This document shows positions 1-9,167 of a DNA stretch of 64,000 bases, piece after piece. This stretch comes from Candidatus Latescibacterota bacterium (GTDB lineage: Bacteria; Latescibacterota; UBA2968; UBA8231), in NCBI GenBank assembly GCA_965219385.1, contig CBDCNM010000002.1:4164305-4228304 (forward strand), read 5' to 3'. How positions within the stretch are numbered: the stretch's first letter is position 1; each line of letters starts with the position of its first letter. A program made the translations under genes and the position numbers. The notes beneath the pieces were generated by a model. The model made no database searches. It saw only the letters and a program-made list of their open reading frames with translations, and was not told the origin of the DNA.

Positions 1-1
1 G

Positions 2-586
2 GCACACTACGTCGCACCTGGAAACAGCCGAAAATTATTGTTCGGGAGGCTTGACGGCGAGGATGATATTCACTCCGAGTTATTTCCGAGGTTTTGGTGT
101 TTGTTTGAAAGTGAGGATGAATGGAAAAGGACCATCCTACGAACAATAGATTGGTATCTTCAAAGCAATGAAAGTTCACCATACGTCGGACTTATTCTCA
201 CTTTGGCAGCCCTGGAACGATTGTCTTTCCAGGTACTTGGAAGAAGCAAGGAGAAGAAAGAACTCACAGGCGAATTCATCGAAAATGCCCTGAAGAAGTT
301 GAACATAGAATCAGACCTTCCCAACAGTTGTAAAAAACTAAAGGAAGTCAAAAATTGGGAAAATGGTCCACATGCGTTGACTGAGGTCCGGAACGATTTG
401 GTGCATCCCAAGGAAAAGCTTGGAAATTTGTCCCACTATGTTCATCATGAAGCATGGAATCTGGGACAGTGGTACATTGAAATGATGTTGCTGAATAAAC
501 TTGGTTACGAAGGATCGTACGTAAATCGTCTATCGGATTGGAGTGAACAAGGTCAGGTGATTCAGCGTGTGCCGTGGGCTCAATAG
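2..586 (+). CDS. HEPN-domain (ApeA-like) protein, 5'-partial
   Basis: Frame is open to the window edge. It has an ALERL helix and the RNDLVH (R-x4-H) HEPN motif, and lower GC than its surroundings. Confidence 0.55.
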   Translation, partial: AHYVAPGNSRKLLFGRLDGEDDIHSELFPRFWCLFESEDEWKRTILRTIDWYLQSNESSPYVGLILTLAALERLSFQVLGRSKEKKELTGEFIENALKKLNIESDLPNSCKKLKEVKNWENGPHALTEVRNDLVHPKEKLGNLSHYVHHEAWNLGQWYIEMMLLNKLGYEGSYVNRLSDWSEQGQVIQRVPWAQ

Positions 587-596
587 AGTCGAATCT

Positions 597-655
597 ATGA
601 CACCGTCACAGAGGCTGATGTCGAAGCCTCGGCGATAGCCTGGCTTGAGGGCCCG
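597..655 (+). pseudogene. hsdR: hsdR 5'-end remnant 1
   Basis: With a 1-nt shift it reads MT..VTEADVEASAIAWLEG, matching the HsdR-like start at 1815. Confidence 0.55.
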
Positions 656-719
656 GCCGGGGTAACGACTGAGAAATCCATAGATGAATCCCGACGATGA
701 GCTACGATATGAATTTAAG

Positions 720-932
720 ATGCATAAGTACGAGATTATCATCTACTGGAGCAATGAAGACAGCGCCTTTGTAGCCGAGGCCCCGGAGCTTCCCGGATGC
801 GCGGCCCACGGCGATACTCAGGAGGCGGCACTGGAGCACATCAACCAGGCCGTGAAGCTGTGGATTGAAACGGCTCGGGAGTTCGGAGACCCCATTCCGG
901 AACCCAAGGGCGAACGCCTGATGCTGGCGTAG
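720..932 (+). CDS. hicB: HicB family antitoxin (no adjacent hicA)
   Basis: MHKYEIIIYWSNEDSAFVAEAPELPGCAAHGDTQEAAL...IPEP is a typical short HicB. Confidence 0.85.
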   Translation: MHKYEIIIYWSNEDSAFVAEAPELPGCAAHGDTQEAALEHINQAVKLWIETAREFGDPIPEPKGERLMLA

Positions 933-941
933 GACCCCTCA

Positions 942-1047
942 ATGACCACCCTCACCGAAGCCGAAGTTGATGTTGAAGAAGCGGCCGTGGGCTGGCTGGA
1001 GGGCGTCGGCTGGGCGTATTGCCCTTGGCCCGGACATCGCCCCGGAT
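942..1047 (+). pseudogene. hsdR: hsdR 5'-end remnant 2
   Basis: MTTLTEAEVDVEEAAVGWLEGVGW, then a frameshift to GPDIAPD. Homologous to 1815 onward. Confidence 0.65.
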
Positions 1048-1123
1048 TTCTCTTGCCAGCTTGCCTGACGGACAGTCATAGTCTATTATAGACTACATCA
1101 ATCTTTCTCAAGGGAGACCAACC

Positions 1124-1402
1124 ATGTTTGCCTCCGAACCCCGCCGCGTTTGGACGGTTGCCGAGGCCAAGGCTCGGCTATCCGAAATCCTGCGTCTTGC
1201 CGAAACGCAAGGACCTCAGCGCATCGGTACCCGGCGACCGTTCATCGTAGTCCCCGAGCAGGTATGGCAGGCTCGAGCGCCGGAGCCCATGCCCTTGGGC
1301 CAGTGGCTCGTTGAAAATACCCCACGCGGCACCAACCTTGAAATCCCGAGTTGCCGCAAGAGTAGCCGCAAAATCCCGTTTATTGACGAAGCAGACGAAT
1401 GA
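1124..1402 (+). CDS. Phd/YefM family antitoxin
   Basis: WTVAEAKARLSEILRLAETQGPQRI motif, GGAG RBS, and an ATGA overlap with the PIN toxin. Confidence 0.85.
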   Translation: MFASEPRRVWTVAEAKARLSEILRLAETQGPQRIGTRRPFIVVPEQVWQARAPEPMPLGQWLVENTPRGTNLEIPSCRKSSRKIPFIDEADE

Positions 1403-1818
1403 GCGGTTATCTCCTGGACACCAATGTGGTTTCGGAATTGACCAGGGAGAATCCGAACCCGGGTGTCATGGACTATCTGAACGCCCAGGAAAATCTGTGG
1501 CTGCCGGCCATCGTCGTTGAGGAGCTTGAATTCGGTCTGCAACTTCTCCCTGAGGGCCGCCGCCGCGATAGTTTGAGGGAATGGCTGTCTCTGCTTCTGG
1601 CGGACTTTGAGGGGCGAATATCGCCGATTGGGAGGCGGGAAGCCGAGTGGGCGGCTGTATTCCAGGCGCGCGTACATCGGAGTGGTGGAAAGTTAGAACT
1701 CGGCGACGCGCTTATCGCAGGAACCGCAATGGCCAACGGTATGGCGATAGTCACACGTAATGTGAGGGACTTCGAAAGCTTGAATGTCGAGCTCGTCAAC
1801 CCTTGGGACTCGCCATGA
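1399..1818 (+). CDS. vapC: VapC/PIN-domain toxin
   Basis: YLLDTNVVSE, DALIAGTA and IVTRNVRDF PIN motifs. Confidence 0.92.
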   Translation: MSGYLLDTNVVSELTRENPNPGVMDYLNAQENLWLPAIVVEELEFGLQLLPEGRRRDSLREWLSLLLADFEGRISPIGRREAEWAAVFQARVHRSGGKLELGDALIAGTAMANGMAIVTRNVRDFESLNVELVNPWDSP

Positions 1819-2350
1819 CCCCCCTCACCGAAACCGACGTTGAAGAGGCCGCCCTGGCCTGGCTCTCCGACGTCGGCTGGCAAGTCGCACACGGACAGGA
1901 CATCGCCCCTGACACGCCCAACGCCGAGCGCGCCGACTATACGGTAGGACATCGCCCCTGACACGCCCAACGCCGAGCGCGCCGACTATACGGTCAGGTC
2001 GTCCTGGAGCCGCGGCTGCGGGACGACCTGGCTGGCTTGAATCCGGACTTGCCCTCCGATGCGCTGGACGACGCCCTCCGCAAGTTGATCCGTCCCGAAG
2101 GTTCGACTCTCGAAGCCCGCAACCGGGCGGAGACCCAGGGGACCGCCGCATCGGGGTGGTCTGGCACACCCAGGGGTCCGGCAAGAGCCTGACCATGGCC
2201 TTCTACACCGGGGCCATCATCCGCGAGCCGGCCATGGAGAACCCCACCGTGGTGGTGCTCACCGACCGCAACGACCTGGACGACCAGCTCTTCGGCACCT
2301 TCTCCCCGTGCTGGAACAGGCGGAGGTGCTGTCAGCGGGCTGGGCGATAG
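1815..2350 (+). pseudogene. hsdR: Type I restriction subunit R pseudogene with large internal deletions
   Basis: The N-terminus (MTPLTETDVEEAALAWL...LNPDLP...LEARNRA) is joined to helicase motif I ([15 protein letters not shown]...[17 protein letters not shown]) and then to a C-terminus-like [14 protein letters not shown]. Confidence 0.85.
1897..1994. repeat. Perfect 49-bp tandem duplication
   Basis: aggacatcgcccctgacacgcccaacgccgagcgcgccgactatacggt occurs at 1897-1945 and 1946-1994. Confidence 0.95.
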
Positions 2351-2482
2351 CGTGAGCCGCTGCGACACCCTTCACACCTAAACCTCCAACCTAAATCTCA
2401 ATACGAAGGTTCTTGACGATGCCGCGCCCGCCGCCGTCCTCCCAGGCGTCATCGCATTTTATCTCCCTTGTGCGCCCGGGCC

Positions 2483-3313
2483 TCACTCGACGATCCGCTT
2501 CAGCACCTCTTGCTCGAGTGCTGAGAGCGTCTCGTAGAAGCTGCGCCGCACGGGATTGTGGTACCTGAGACTGATCATCCTATACCAGGCTCTTTCAAAG
2601 GCAAACACGGCGACGGGACGGGGGGTATCGGTCGTATTGGGGGTGCCGCGATGCAGGCACCGGGGATCGCGGATCAACACATCGCCGACCTTCAACAGTA
2701 GCTTGCGCAGCGGCACATCGCCCTTCTCGATTCTCTCCAGGGCCTCTGGACGCGGCAGCAGATGCGTGCCGTCGGCCACCTCGAAAGGGCCGTTGTCCTC
2801 GCGCACATCGACCATGGCAAAGTTCACCGTGACGATGGCCGGCGGCGGCACGTGCCCGGGCTCCTCGGAAAACAGCGGCGGCACATCGCCGTGCCATTCC
2901 TGGTACACGCTGCCTTTGGCCGGCGTGTCCGTCGCGTACTGGACCATCTCGGCATCATCTCCGAGCAGTCGCCGGACAATGGCGATGATGCCGGGATCGC
3001 CGTGAATGCCGGACTGATAAAAAGGAGCTTCAAAGGGCAACTGTATGTAGTGCCGCATTGGACCCCGGTTGGGCTTGGTGCGGATTTCGTCGAGGTGGTC
3101 CTTGTACACGGGCGCAAAGGCCGCGGCAACCGCTGCTACCGCGTCTCCACGGGTAGGTGCTGTTCGAGAACAGTGTAGCCGGTTTGGCGCACCCGGGCCG
3201 CGTGCTCTGCGACCTGCTCTTGGGTCATTCCCGCGATTCTGGCCATGCCAATCTCCGGGTTGCGGGGGTGGAGTTGCCGCGGTCGGGTAGGGGATCCGGC
3301 GCGTTGTCGCCAT
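2483..3313 (-). CDS. Phytanoyl-CoA dioxygenase (PhyH) family protein; start uncertain, possibly 5'-truncated near 3140
   Basis: QEWHGD (HxD), NGPFEVADGTH and GDVLIRDPRCLHRG motifs. The first ~55 aa of the ORF look non-homologous. Confidence 0.75.
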   Translation of the reverse strand: MATTRRIPYPTAATPPPQPGDWHGQNRGNDPRAGRRARGPGAPNRLHCSRTAPTRGDAVAAVAAAFAPVYKDHLDEIRTKPNRGPMRHYIQLPFEAPFYQSGIHGDPGIIAIVRRLLGDDAEMVQYATDTPAKGSVYQEWHGDVPPLFSEEPGHVPPPAIVTVNFAMVDVREDNGPFEVADGTHLLPRPEALERIEKGDVPLRKLLLKVGDVLIRDPRCLHRGTPNTTDTPRPVAVFAFERAWYRMISLRYHNPVRRSFYETLSALEQEVLKRIVE

Positions 3314-3325
3314 TGTGGGCGAATT

Positions 3326-6001
3326 TTACCTCTCCGCCCCGGCGTAGACCGTTATAAAACCCCGCGTGCGAATCTCGGCCTCGGCGACCTCGGGGTTGAG
3401 CCGCCGCACCTCGAATCCCAGGGTCGTGGTCAGGCGATAGCCCTGGTATTCGGATATATTGCTCATCTGCACCGTCGTGGTCAAGCCGGTGAAGCTGTCC
3501 TCGGCCCCGGGGGGCGTCGGCGCCTCCAGTTGTTTGAACCACTCGTATTCCAGGCCGCTCTCTATGAAGCTTTGCCGCATGACCGGAACGCGCCCAATCA
3601 ACATGAGCAACTCGGTCAGTTCCCGCCGCTTGCTTTCCTCCCGGCGCACGGGCACCTGGCGGCGGAACTCGCTTTTCCAGCGCGGTGTCAGGGTCCAGGG
3701 GCCCAGGTCCAACCGGTACTCGGCCTTGTTGATCAGGCCCAGGAACGAGGCCTGTTGGCGCTGGCGGCGCAGGGCCCGCTCGATGCGGCCATCCAGCTGG
3801 TGGTAGAGGATCCACTTGAGCTTGTGGGCCGTGCGCAACCCCGGGCGCCACTCCTGGTCCAGGCCCAGATAGGTGGTGTTGATCCAGGTGTTGGGCGCCG
3901 GCCGCGCATCGCTCACCAGGTGCAGGCCGCCCCGGGTATTGGGCAGTTGCCGCCACTGCAACAGGTCGTCCACGATGGTGTCTTTGACCTTGCGCAGATC
4001 CTGGAACACCCGCATCCGGCCCAGCCGGGCGTGGTCCTGGTCGGCGACCACCAGCAGGTAAGTGGCGCGGTTGTGGCGCGCCTCGGTCAACTGGCGCACC
4101 CGCATCCGGCCCAGGGTCAGGCGCACGGCCGGATGGACAAAGGCTCCGGCGTACAGATTGTAGCCCCTCCGGTCCGGCTCGTACGGGTAGTCGGCTTCCT
4201 CGTCGTTTTCAAAGCGGTCGATCCACCCGTTGTGGTTCATGTCCACGCCATAGAGGAACTCCGGCCGATCCGCGTGGAAGCGCAGGAAGGGCTCTTCGTA
4301 GTCGGGGATGAGGTTGGGGCTGTCCTCGTTGTCGTTCTGGTTGAAGTCGGAGATGAAATCGTTGTTTTCGTCCCAGCCCGGAAAGATCTCGTCGTCTCCA
4401 GGGCCCCAGCCCTTGCGCCGCCAGTCCGGCCGGCGGTCCTGGTCGTCGTTGTCCTCGACGAACTCGTAGCGCTGAAACGGATTGCCGTAGTCCAGCACTC
4501 CGTCCGCACGGGCGACCACGATGTCGGTGGCATAGCGAGGGCTGATGCCGAAGGCCTCGCCAAAGACAAAGAAGGGGTAGGCCACCTTCGACCCATTGGC
4601 CAGCCAGGCCAGGCCCTCGTCGCGGGCGGCGTGGTGGCGCTTGATATTGGGGTTGGGGAATTGCCGGTAGTGGTGGTTGAAATCGATCTCCACATACCCT
4701 TCGACCCCCTCCAAGTCGGTCAACTCCAGGGTGAAACCGCCGATGTGGTTGGCCGTGGGCAGGCCGTAGTCAAAGACCAGGACGCGCTGGTTGGAGCCGT
4801 CCACCACATTGCCGCGAGCCTGGGCCACGGGCAGGAAGACCATGTTCTCCCGGGCGTCCAGTTGGCGGTCGGAGGCCACTTCGATGCGGTAGTCGTTGGC
4901 GATGACCAGCTCGATCTGGAGGCGCGCGATCTCGGTCGGGTCCGGGCCGGTGTAGGTGAGGTTGGCCAGATCGTAGCGCACCAGGATGCGCTCGGTGCCG
5001 TCGGCGGCCAGAAAGCCCCGGCGCTGGAACCCGCCTTCGATGAGGGGACGGAAGCCGATTTCGCTGACCCGGGTCTGGTTGCCCTCCAGGTCGTAGATGA
5101 TCAGGTCGCTGGAAAAGAGCGCCCCGCCGCCCTCGCCATCGGCCGGGGAGTCGTCGGTAATGGCGATTTCGATGAGGGTGATGGGAGAGAAATTCTGCGC
5201 CTCGGTGAGCTGTCCCTTGAAGATATCGCCGCTGAGGGTCTCCAGCTGGGTCTGGGCGTGGTGCGCATTGATCAGGGTACCGCCCACCCGGGCAAAATCC
5301 CCGATCTGCACGACCACGCGCCCGCCAAACAGGTTGGTGTTGTTGGTGCGCTGATCCGATCTGCCGCCCGGGGAATTGGGCTCGCTGATGCGGGAGAGCA
5401 GAAGGGTGGCGGTGTACTTGTCCGAGGCAAAGTCCCATTGCAGGCCGTTGAACAGCGGTTTGGAAAAGGTCATCGGCGTCAGGGTGGTGCGGATCTGGTT
5501 GCCTATGGTGAGGGTGTAGTGGTACTGGCCCTTGTGGTCGGCGGCCACGATTAGGTTGTTAAACCACTGGGAAAAGTGCTGGCTTTTCTCCACGCCGCTG
5601 CCAAAGGGCTGGGGGTTTTCCTGGCGCCAGTCGTAGATGAGCCAGCCGCGGGTGAGGAAATTGCCGTAGAGGTCGTAGAAGTAGTCGCCTTCGAGGGCCA
5701 CCGAGACATAGCGCTGGTATTCCTTGCGGGCGTAGTTGGAGTACTCCCACTGCTTCCAGCGGTATTCGGCGTAGAGTTCCTGGGGCACGTACCACTTGCG
5801 CACGGTCGGGTCCACGGCGTCGAAGAGCACCCCCGGACCGGTGGGCTCAAAGCTGACGCGGCCCCCGCGCTGGATCTGGCCCAGGCGGACCCCGTAGTCC
5901 TGGGCCGCAAGCGGCGAGAGGAGCAGGGCGCCAAGCGCGCATCCCGTCAGCCCCGCGAGCATAGACCACGGCCAGGGCGCATTTTTAGTGGACAGTGACA
6001 A
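3326..6001 (-). CDS. Large secreted, probably outer-membrane hypothetical protein (891 aa) with Asp-rich motifs
   Basis: Signal peptide (...PLAA|QD), DxNxD-type motifs and amphipathic beta-strand-like C-terminal third. Paralog of 26351..29023. Confidence 0.8.
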   Translation of the reverse strand: MSLSTKNAPWPWSMLAGLTGCALGALLLSPLAAQDYGVRLGQIQRGGRVSFEPTGPGVLFDAVDPTVRKWYVPQELYAEYRWKQWEYSNYARKEYQRYVSVALEGDYFYDLYGNFLTRGWLIYDWRQENPQPFGSGVEKSQHFSQWFNNLIVAADHKGQYHYTLTIGNQIRTTLTPMTFSKPLFNGLQWDFASDKYTATLLLSRISEPNSPGGRSDQRTNNTNLFGGRVVVQIGDFARVGGTLINAHHAQTQLETLSGDIFKGQLTEAQNFSPITLIEIAITDDSPADGEGGGALFSSDLIIYDLEGNQTRVSEIGFRPLIEGGFQRRGFLAADGTERILVRYDLANLTYTGPDPTEIARLQIELVIANDYRIEVASDRQLDARENMVFLPVAQARGNVVDGSNQRVLVFDYGLPTANHIGGFTLELTDLEGVEGYVEIDFNHHYRQFPNPNIKRHHAARDEGLAWLANGSKVAYPFFVFGEAFGISPRYATDIVVARADGVLDYGNPFQRYEFVEDNDDQDRRPDWRRKGWGPGDDEIFPGWDENNDFISDFNQNDNEDSPNLIPDYEEPFLRFHADRPEFLYGVDMNHNGWIDRFENDEEADYPYEPDRRGYNLYAGAFVHPAVRLTLGRMRVRQLTEARHNRATYLLVVADQDHARLGRMRVFQDLRKVKDTIVDDLLQWRQLPNTRGGLHLVSDARPAPNTWINTTYLGLDQEWRPGLRTAHKLKWILYHQLDGRIERALRRQRQQASFLGLINKAEYRLDLGPWTLTPRWKSEFRRQVPVRREESKRRELTELLMLIGRVPVMRQSFIESGLEYEWFKQLEAPTPPGAEDSFTGLTTTVQMSNISEYQGYRLTTTLGFEVRRLNPEVAEAEIRTRGFITVYAGAER

Positions 6002-6016
6002 TTTTCCCGCTTCTCC

Positions 6017-7939
6017 TTAATAGGCCACGGCCAGCACGCCGCTGTGGCGTTCCTCAAAGGCATCGGCCTGGATGCTCAGGACCCAGATGTAGGCGCCCGG
6101 CGCCACCAGGCGGCCGTCGCTGAGGCGGCCGTCCCAGGTATGGGCCACCTCGCCGATGCGGTGTTCGACCTCAAAGACGCGGCGCACCCGCCGGCCCTGC
6201 AGGTCGTAAATGTCCAGGCGAACGGGCGCCGGACGGAGCAGCTGCAGCAGATTGAAAGAGAGTTCAAAGCGATCGTTGACCCCGTCGCCGTTGGGGGTGA
6301 AGACGCGGCTCTGCAGGGCGATGGCGCCCACCAGCTTGCCGATTTGTTGTTTGGGGATGGCCACGGCCAGACCAGACAACTCGTCCACGTCCGCCGGTTC
6401 AAAGCGCACGACCTGTCCTGGCTCCAAACGCTGGGGCACGGCGTTGAAGCGGCTGTTGTAGGCGCGGCCCGAAAAGGTGGTGCCAAAGCGGAAGATGGGC
6501 AGGTCAAAGGTAAACTCCAACACGGCGCCGTCGGTCTGGATCAGCGGGAAGCTGAGGCAAAATTCCTCCTCGCGGATGAATTCCACCTTGAAGTCCTCTA
6601 CCGGCTCGCCGTCGAGCTTGACCTGGCGGATGTGGGCGGCCGGCGCGTTGGTGTCCACCTCGAGGCGATCGTAGCCCTGGATGGGGCCGTTCCCTTTGAG
6701 CAGTACGGCGTAGCGGAAGGTGGCCGGCTTTTCGGCGGCGGCCAGGCGAGGAAAGATCTCGGCCCGCAAGACATCGGCGATGGGGGGTATGAGGTAGTCG
6801 AATTCAAGGCGGTCCACCTCCCGGGTAGCAAAGAGCCCGCCCTTGAAGTGCAAGCGGAACTGGAGGTAGCGCCTTGGGGTGGGCGCCGGATTCAGGCTGT
6901 GGTTTTCCGCTGATTTCCACGGACTCCAGTTTTTGGTGTCGTCCTCCAGCAGGACCCTTTCACGGGGTTCCAGGGTCCAATACTCGGCCCCACTGACTTC
7001 CACAATGGCCGGGGGCGCCAAGCTACCTTCCACGAAGATGCGCTTTTGGTAGAGGATAGGGGTATCGTCGAGCCCGCTGCGCACCTGCGCGGACAGGTCT
7101 GAAAACGGGGCCTCGCCCACCAGGCCCTCCACCCAGCGCACCAGGCCCACCGTGGCCGGCGCCCCCAGGTCGATCAGGTCCGATTGGTAGATGCCCGAGT
7201 CGAGGTACCCGGCCCCGTAGACCTCGATCTCGTCTATTTCAAAGGGCCTTTCCGCCAGCGAACGCAGCTTGATCAGGCGCACGTACTGGGGGACCACCTC
7301 CACGTCGACCACGGGCTCCTGGTTGCCGAGCACGCGCTCCACCAGCTGGTCCGGGGCCCCTTCAATGGTGCTGGTCAGACGCTGGTTGATCCACACCTCG
7401 TAGCCGCGCAGAAAGTCGTTGTGGAAGGGCTTTCTCGGATTGGCCGCCACGGTATTGCGCGGGTAGAAGCGCACCCGCTGGACCCCGACCAGGCGGCCAA
7501 AGTCCAGCTCTACCCAGATCCCATAGGTGGCCACCTCGCGGTTGAAGGAGGTGGGTTTGCGCTCAAAGGCCACATCGTGGTCGCCGTTGACCGTGCCCTC
7601 TAATTGCGTTTTGAGCAAGGAGATGCTCACCGAAATGAGGTTGGGCGCTTTGATCGAGCCGCCCTCCTCGAGGACGAGCGCGGCGATATTGGTGCTGCCG
7701 TCGAAGAAGCGCGGGCTGATCCATCCGTCCTTGTGGTCGAATTCAATGGCATTGCCCGGCGTATTGCTGGTATCCACCCGGGCGCTGAAGCGGTCGCCCG
7801 CCAGGAATTCGGGATCGATGCCGTCGCCCCCGCCGCGCCAGGGGTGGTCCCCTTCCCCCAGGGTGAAGGTGCGCACCTCGGCGCTACAGGGCACGGCCAG
7901 AATCGCAATGAGCGCAATGCACAAGGCGGATGTATTCAC
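6017..7939 (-). CDS. Secreted protein with discoidin-like region and C-terminal FTPNGDG/FlgD-Ig domain
   Basis: AGGAGG precedes a GTG at 7939. Signal peptide. C-terminus VFTPNGDGVND...IYDLQGRRVR...WDGR...PGAY. Confidence 0.8.
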   Translation of the reverse strand: MNTSALCIALIAILAVPCSAEVRTFTLGEGDHPWRGGGDGIDPEFLAGDRFSARVDTSNTPGNAIEFDHKDGWISPRFFDGSTNIAALVLEEGGSIKAPNLISVSISLLKTQLEGTVNGDHDVAFERKPTSFNREVATYGIWVELDFGRLVGVQRVRFYPRNTVAANPRKPFHNDFLRGYEVWINQRLTSTIEGAPDQLVERVLGNQEPVVDVEVVPQYVRLIKLRSLAERPFEIDEIEVYGAGYLDSGIYQSDLIDLGAPATVGLVRWVEGLVGEAPFSDLSAQVRSGLDDTPILYQKRIFVEGSLAPPAIVEVSGAEYWTLEPRERVLLEDDTKNWSPWKSAENHSLNPAPTPRRYLQFRLHFKGGLFATREVDRLEFDYLIPPIADVLRAEIFPRLAAAEKPATFRYAVLLKGNGPIQGYDRLEVDTNAPAAHIRQVKLDGEPVEDFKVEFIREEEFCLSFPLIQTDGAVLEFTFDLPIFRFGTTFSGRAYNSRFNAVPQRLEPGQVVRFEPADVDELSGLAVAIPKQQIGKLVGAIALQSRVFTPNGDGVNDRFELSFNLLQLLRPAPVRLDIYDLQGRRVRRVFEVEHRIGEVAHTWDGRLSDGRLVAPGAYIWVLSIQADAFEERHSGVLAVAY

Positions 7940-8038
7940 CGGCTCCTCCTGGCGCCACAAGGGCGGATCAGTGGAGTGGAACGGATTGGTGTTTGAGATG
8001 CGGTCATGTCCTCGGCCCCGGCTGGCCTTCGCTGAGGG

Positions 8039-9109
8039 CTACCCTCTCAGCCACCCCACCAGCTCAATCAGCGGCGGCACCAGATTGCCCGCGAAAAACG
8101 CCGTCACGACCACCCCACCGGTTATAAACGGTACAAAGGGCATGGACTGTTCGACGGCCACCACCCCACCCCCTGACAAGCGCCCCTCCCGGGCCAGCGC
8201 CTGCACCCGGCGCACCTGCTGCCCGGTAAGCGGCCGGCCCGCCTCGCAAACAAGGGCCTCCTCCGCTGCCCCTGCTGCAAACAGCGCCTGACGAGGGATA
8301 GCCCCTGCTTGTAACAAACCCACCGGAAAGGATTGCACGAACGCCCGGCTATACCGGTGCCGCACCTGCCCATACGCCACCTCGAGCAGCCAGACCGCCC
8401 CCCACATCAGCACGTATTCTTGCCAGCCGCCGGTAGCCTGACCCAGATAGAGCAACGCGACCAGACCCGGCACCAGCACCACCGGCCAGTAGCGCACCTC
8501 CAGCCCCCGCTCCAACAGCCGGTAGCCGATCACCAGCGCCCCCAGCATCTCCAGGTAGCTCAGCGGTCGTTCCAGCACCAGCACGGCAAGGCTCAAGGCC
8601 CACCCCAGCAGCCCGGCCAGGCCCCAGGCCGCCAGCAGCCACGGCCGGCCTTCAGGCCGGTCCTGCTCCGGGGCTTGCTGCCACGCCCGCTGCCACACCG
8701 GCACCAGCAACAAGACCAGCAAATAGCCCAGCAGCGCATTGACGACCAGCGCCACAGGGGCCGCCTGCAGCGAGAAGGGGTCCGTAGAAGGACACAGGGT
8801 GGGGGGCAGGGCTAGGGCGGCGGCCCAGTAGAGCTTGGCGTCGCCCGGCGACCAGAAGCCCAACAAGGTCAGGCCAAAGGCTATGGCCAGCGCGGTGAGC
8901 AGCAGCGCGACGACCCGGCTCAGGGAAGTAACGTCCAGGAAAATCATGGTGAGCTGTCCGGCCAGGCCGATGGCCAAGAGCGCGAAGGTGTAGCGATTGG
9001 GCACCCGTCGTAGTTTCAGGTCGGTATAGCTGGTATACAAGCCCACCGTCAGCACCGCGGAGAGCATGACCAGCTCTACCAGAAAAACCGGATCGGTGAA
9101 AAGGTTCAT
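8039..9109 (-). CDS. A24 family (prepilin/preflagellin-type) aspartic peptidase, copy 1
   Basis: SYTDLKLRRVPN and GDAKL catalytic Asp motifs, multiple TM segments, and MPFVPFI near the C-terminus. Confidence 0.85.
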   Translation of the reverse strand: MNLFTDPVFLVELVMLSAVLTVGLYTSYTDLKLRRVPNRYTFALLAIGLAGQLTMIFLDVTSLSRVVALLLTALAIAFGLTLLGFWSPGDAKLYWAAALALPPTLCPSTDPFSLQAAPVALVVNALLGYLLVLLLVPVWQRAWQQAPEQDRPEGRPWLLAAWGLAGLLGWALSLAVLVLERPLSYLEMLGALVIGYRLLERGLEVRYWPVVLVPGLVALLYLGQATGGWQEYVLMWGAVWLLEVAYGQVRHRYSRAFVQSFPVGLLQAGAIPRQALFAAGAAEEALVCEAGRPLTGQQVRRVQALAREGRLSGGGVVAVEQSMPFVPFITGGVVVTAFFAGNLVPPLIELVGWLRG

Positions 9110-9167
9110 TTTATTCTATTTCCCTCGAAGTGGGCACCTGGGCCCCGGCCGGCCTCTGCCGAGGGCC

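Noticed and set aside
3245..5554. Long antisense or alternate-frame ORFs (e.g. 3245..5554 +, 44395..46224 -, 42321..44117 -, 18278..19690 +)
   Set aside because: They are shadows of well-supported genes in high-GC DNA and carry no recognisable motifs.
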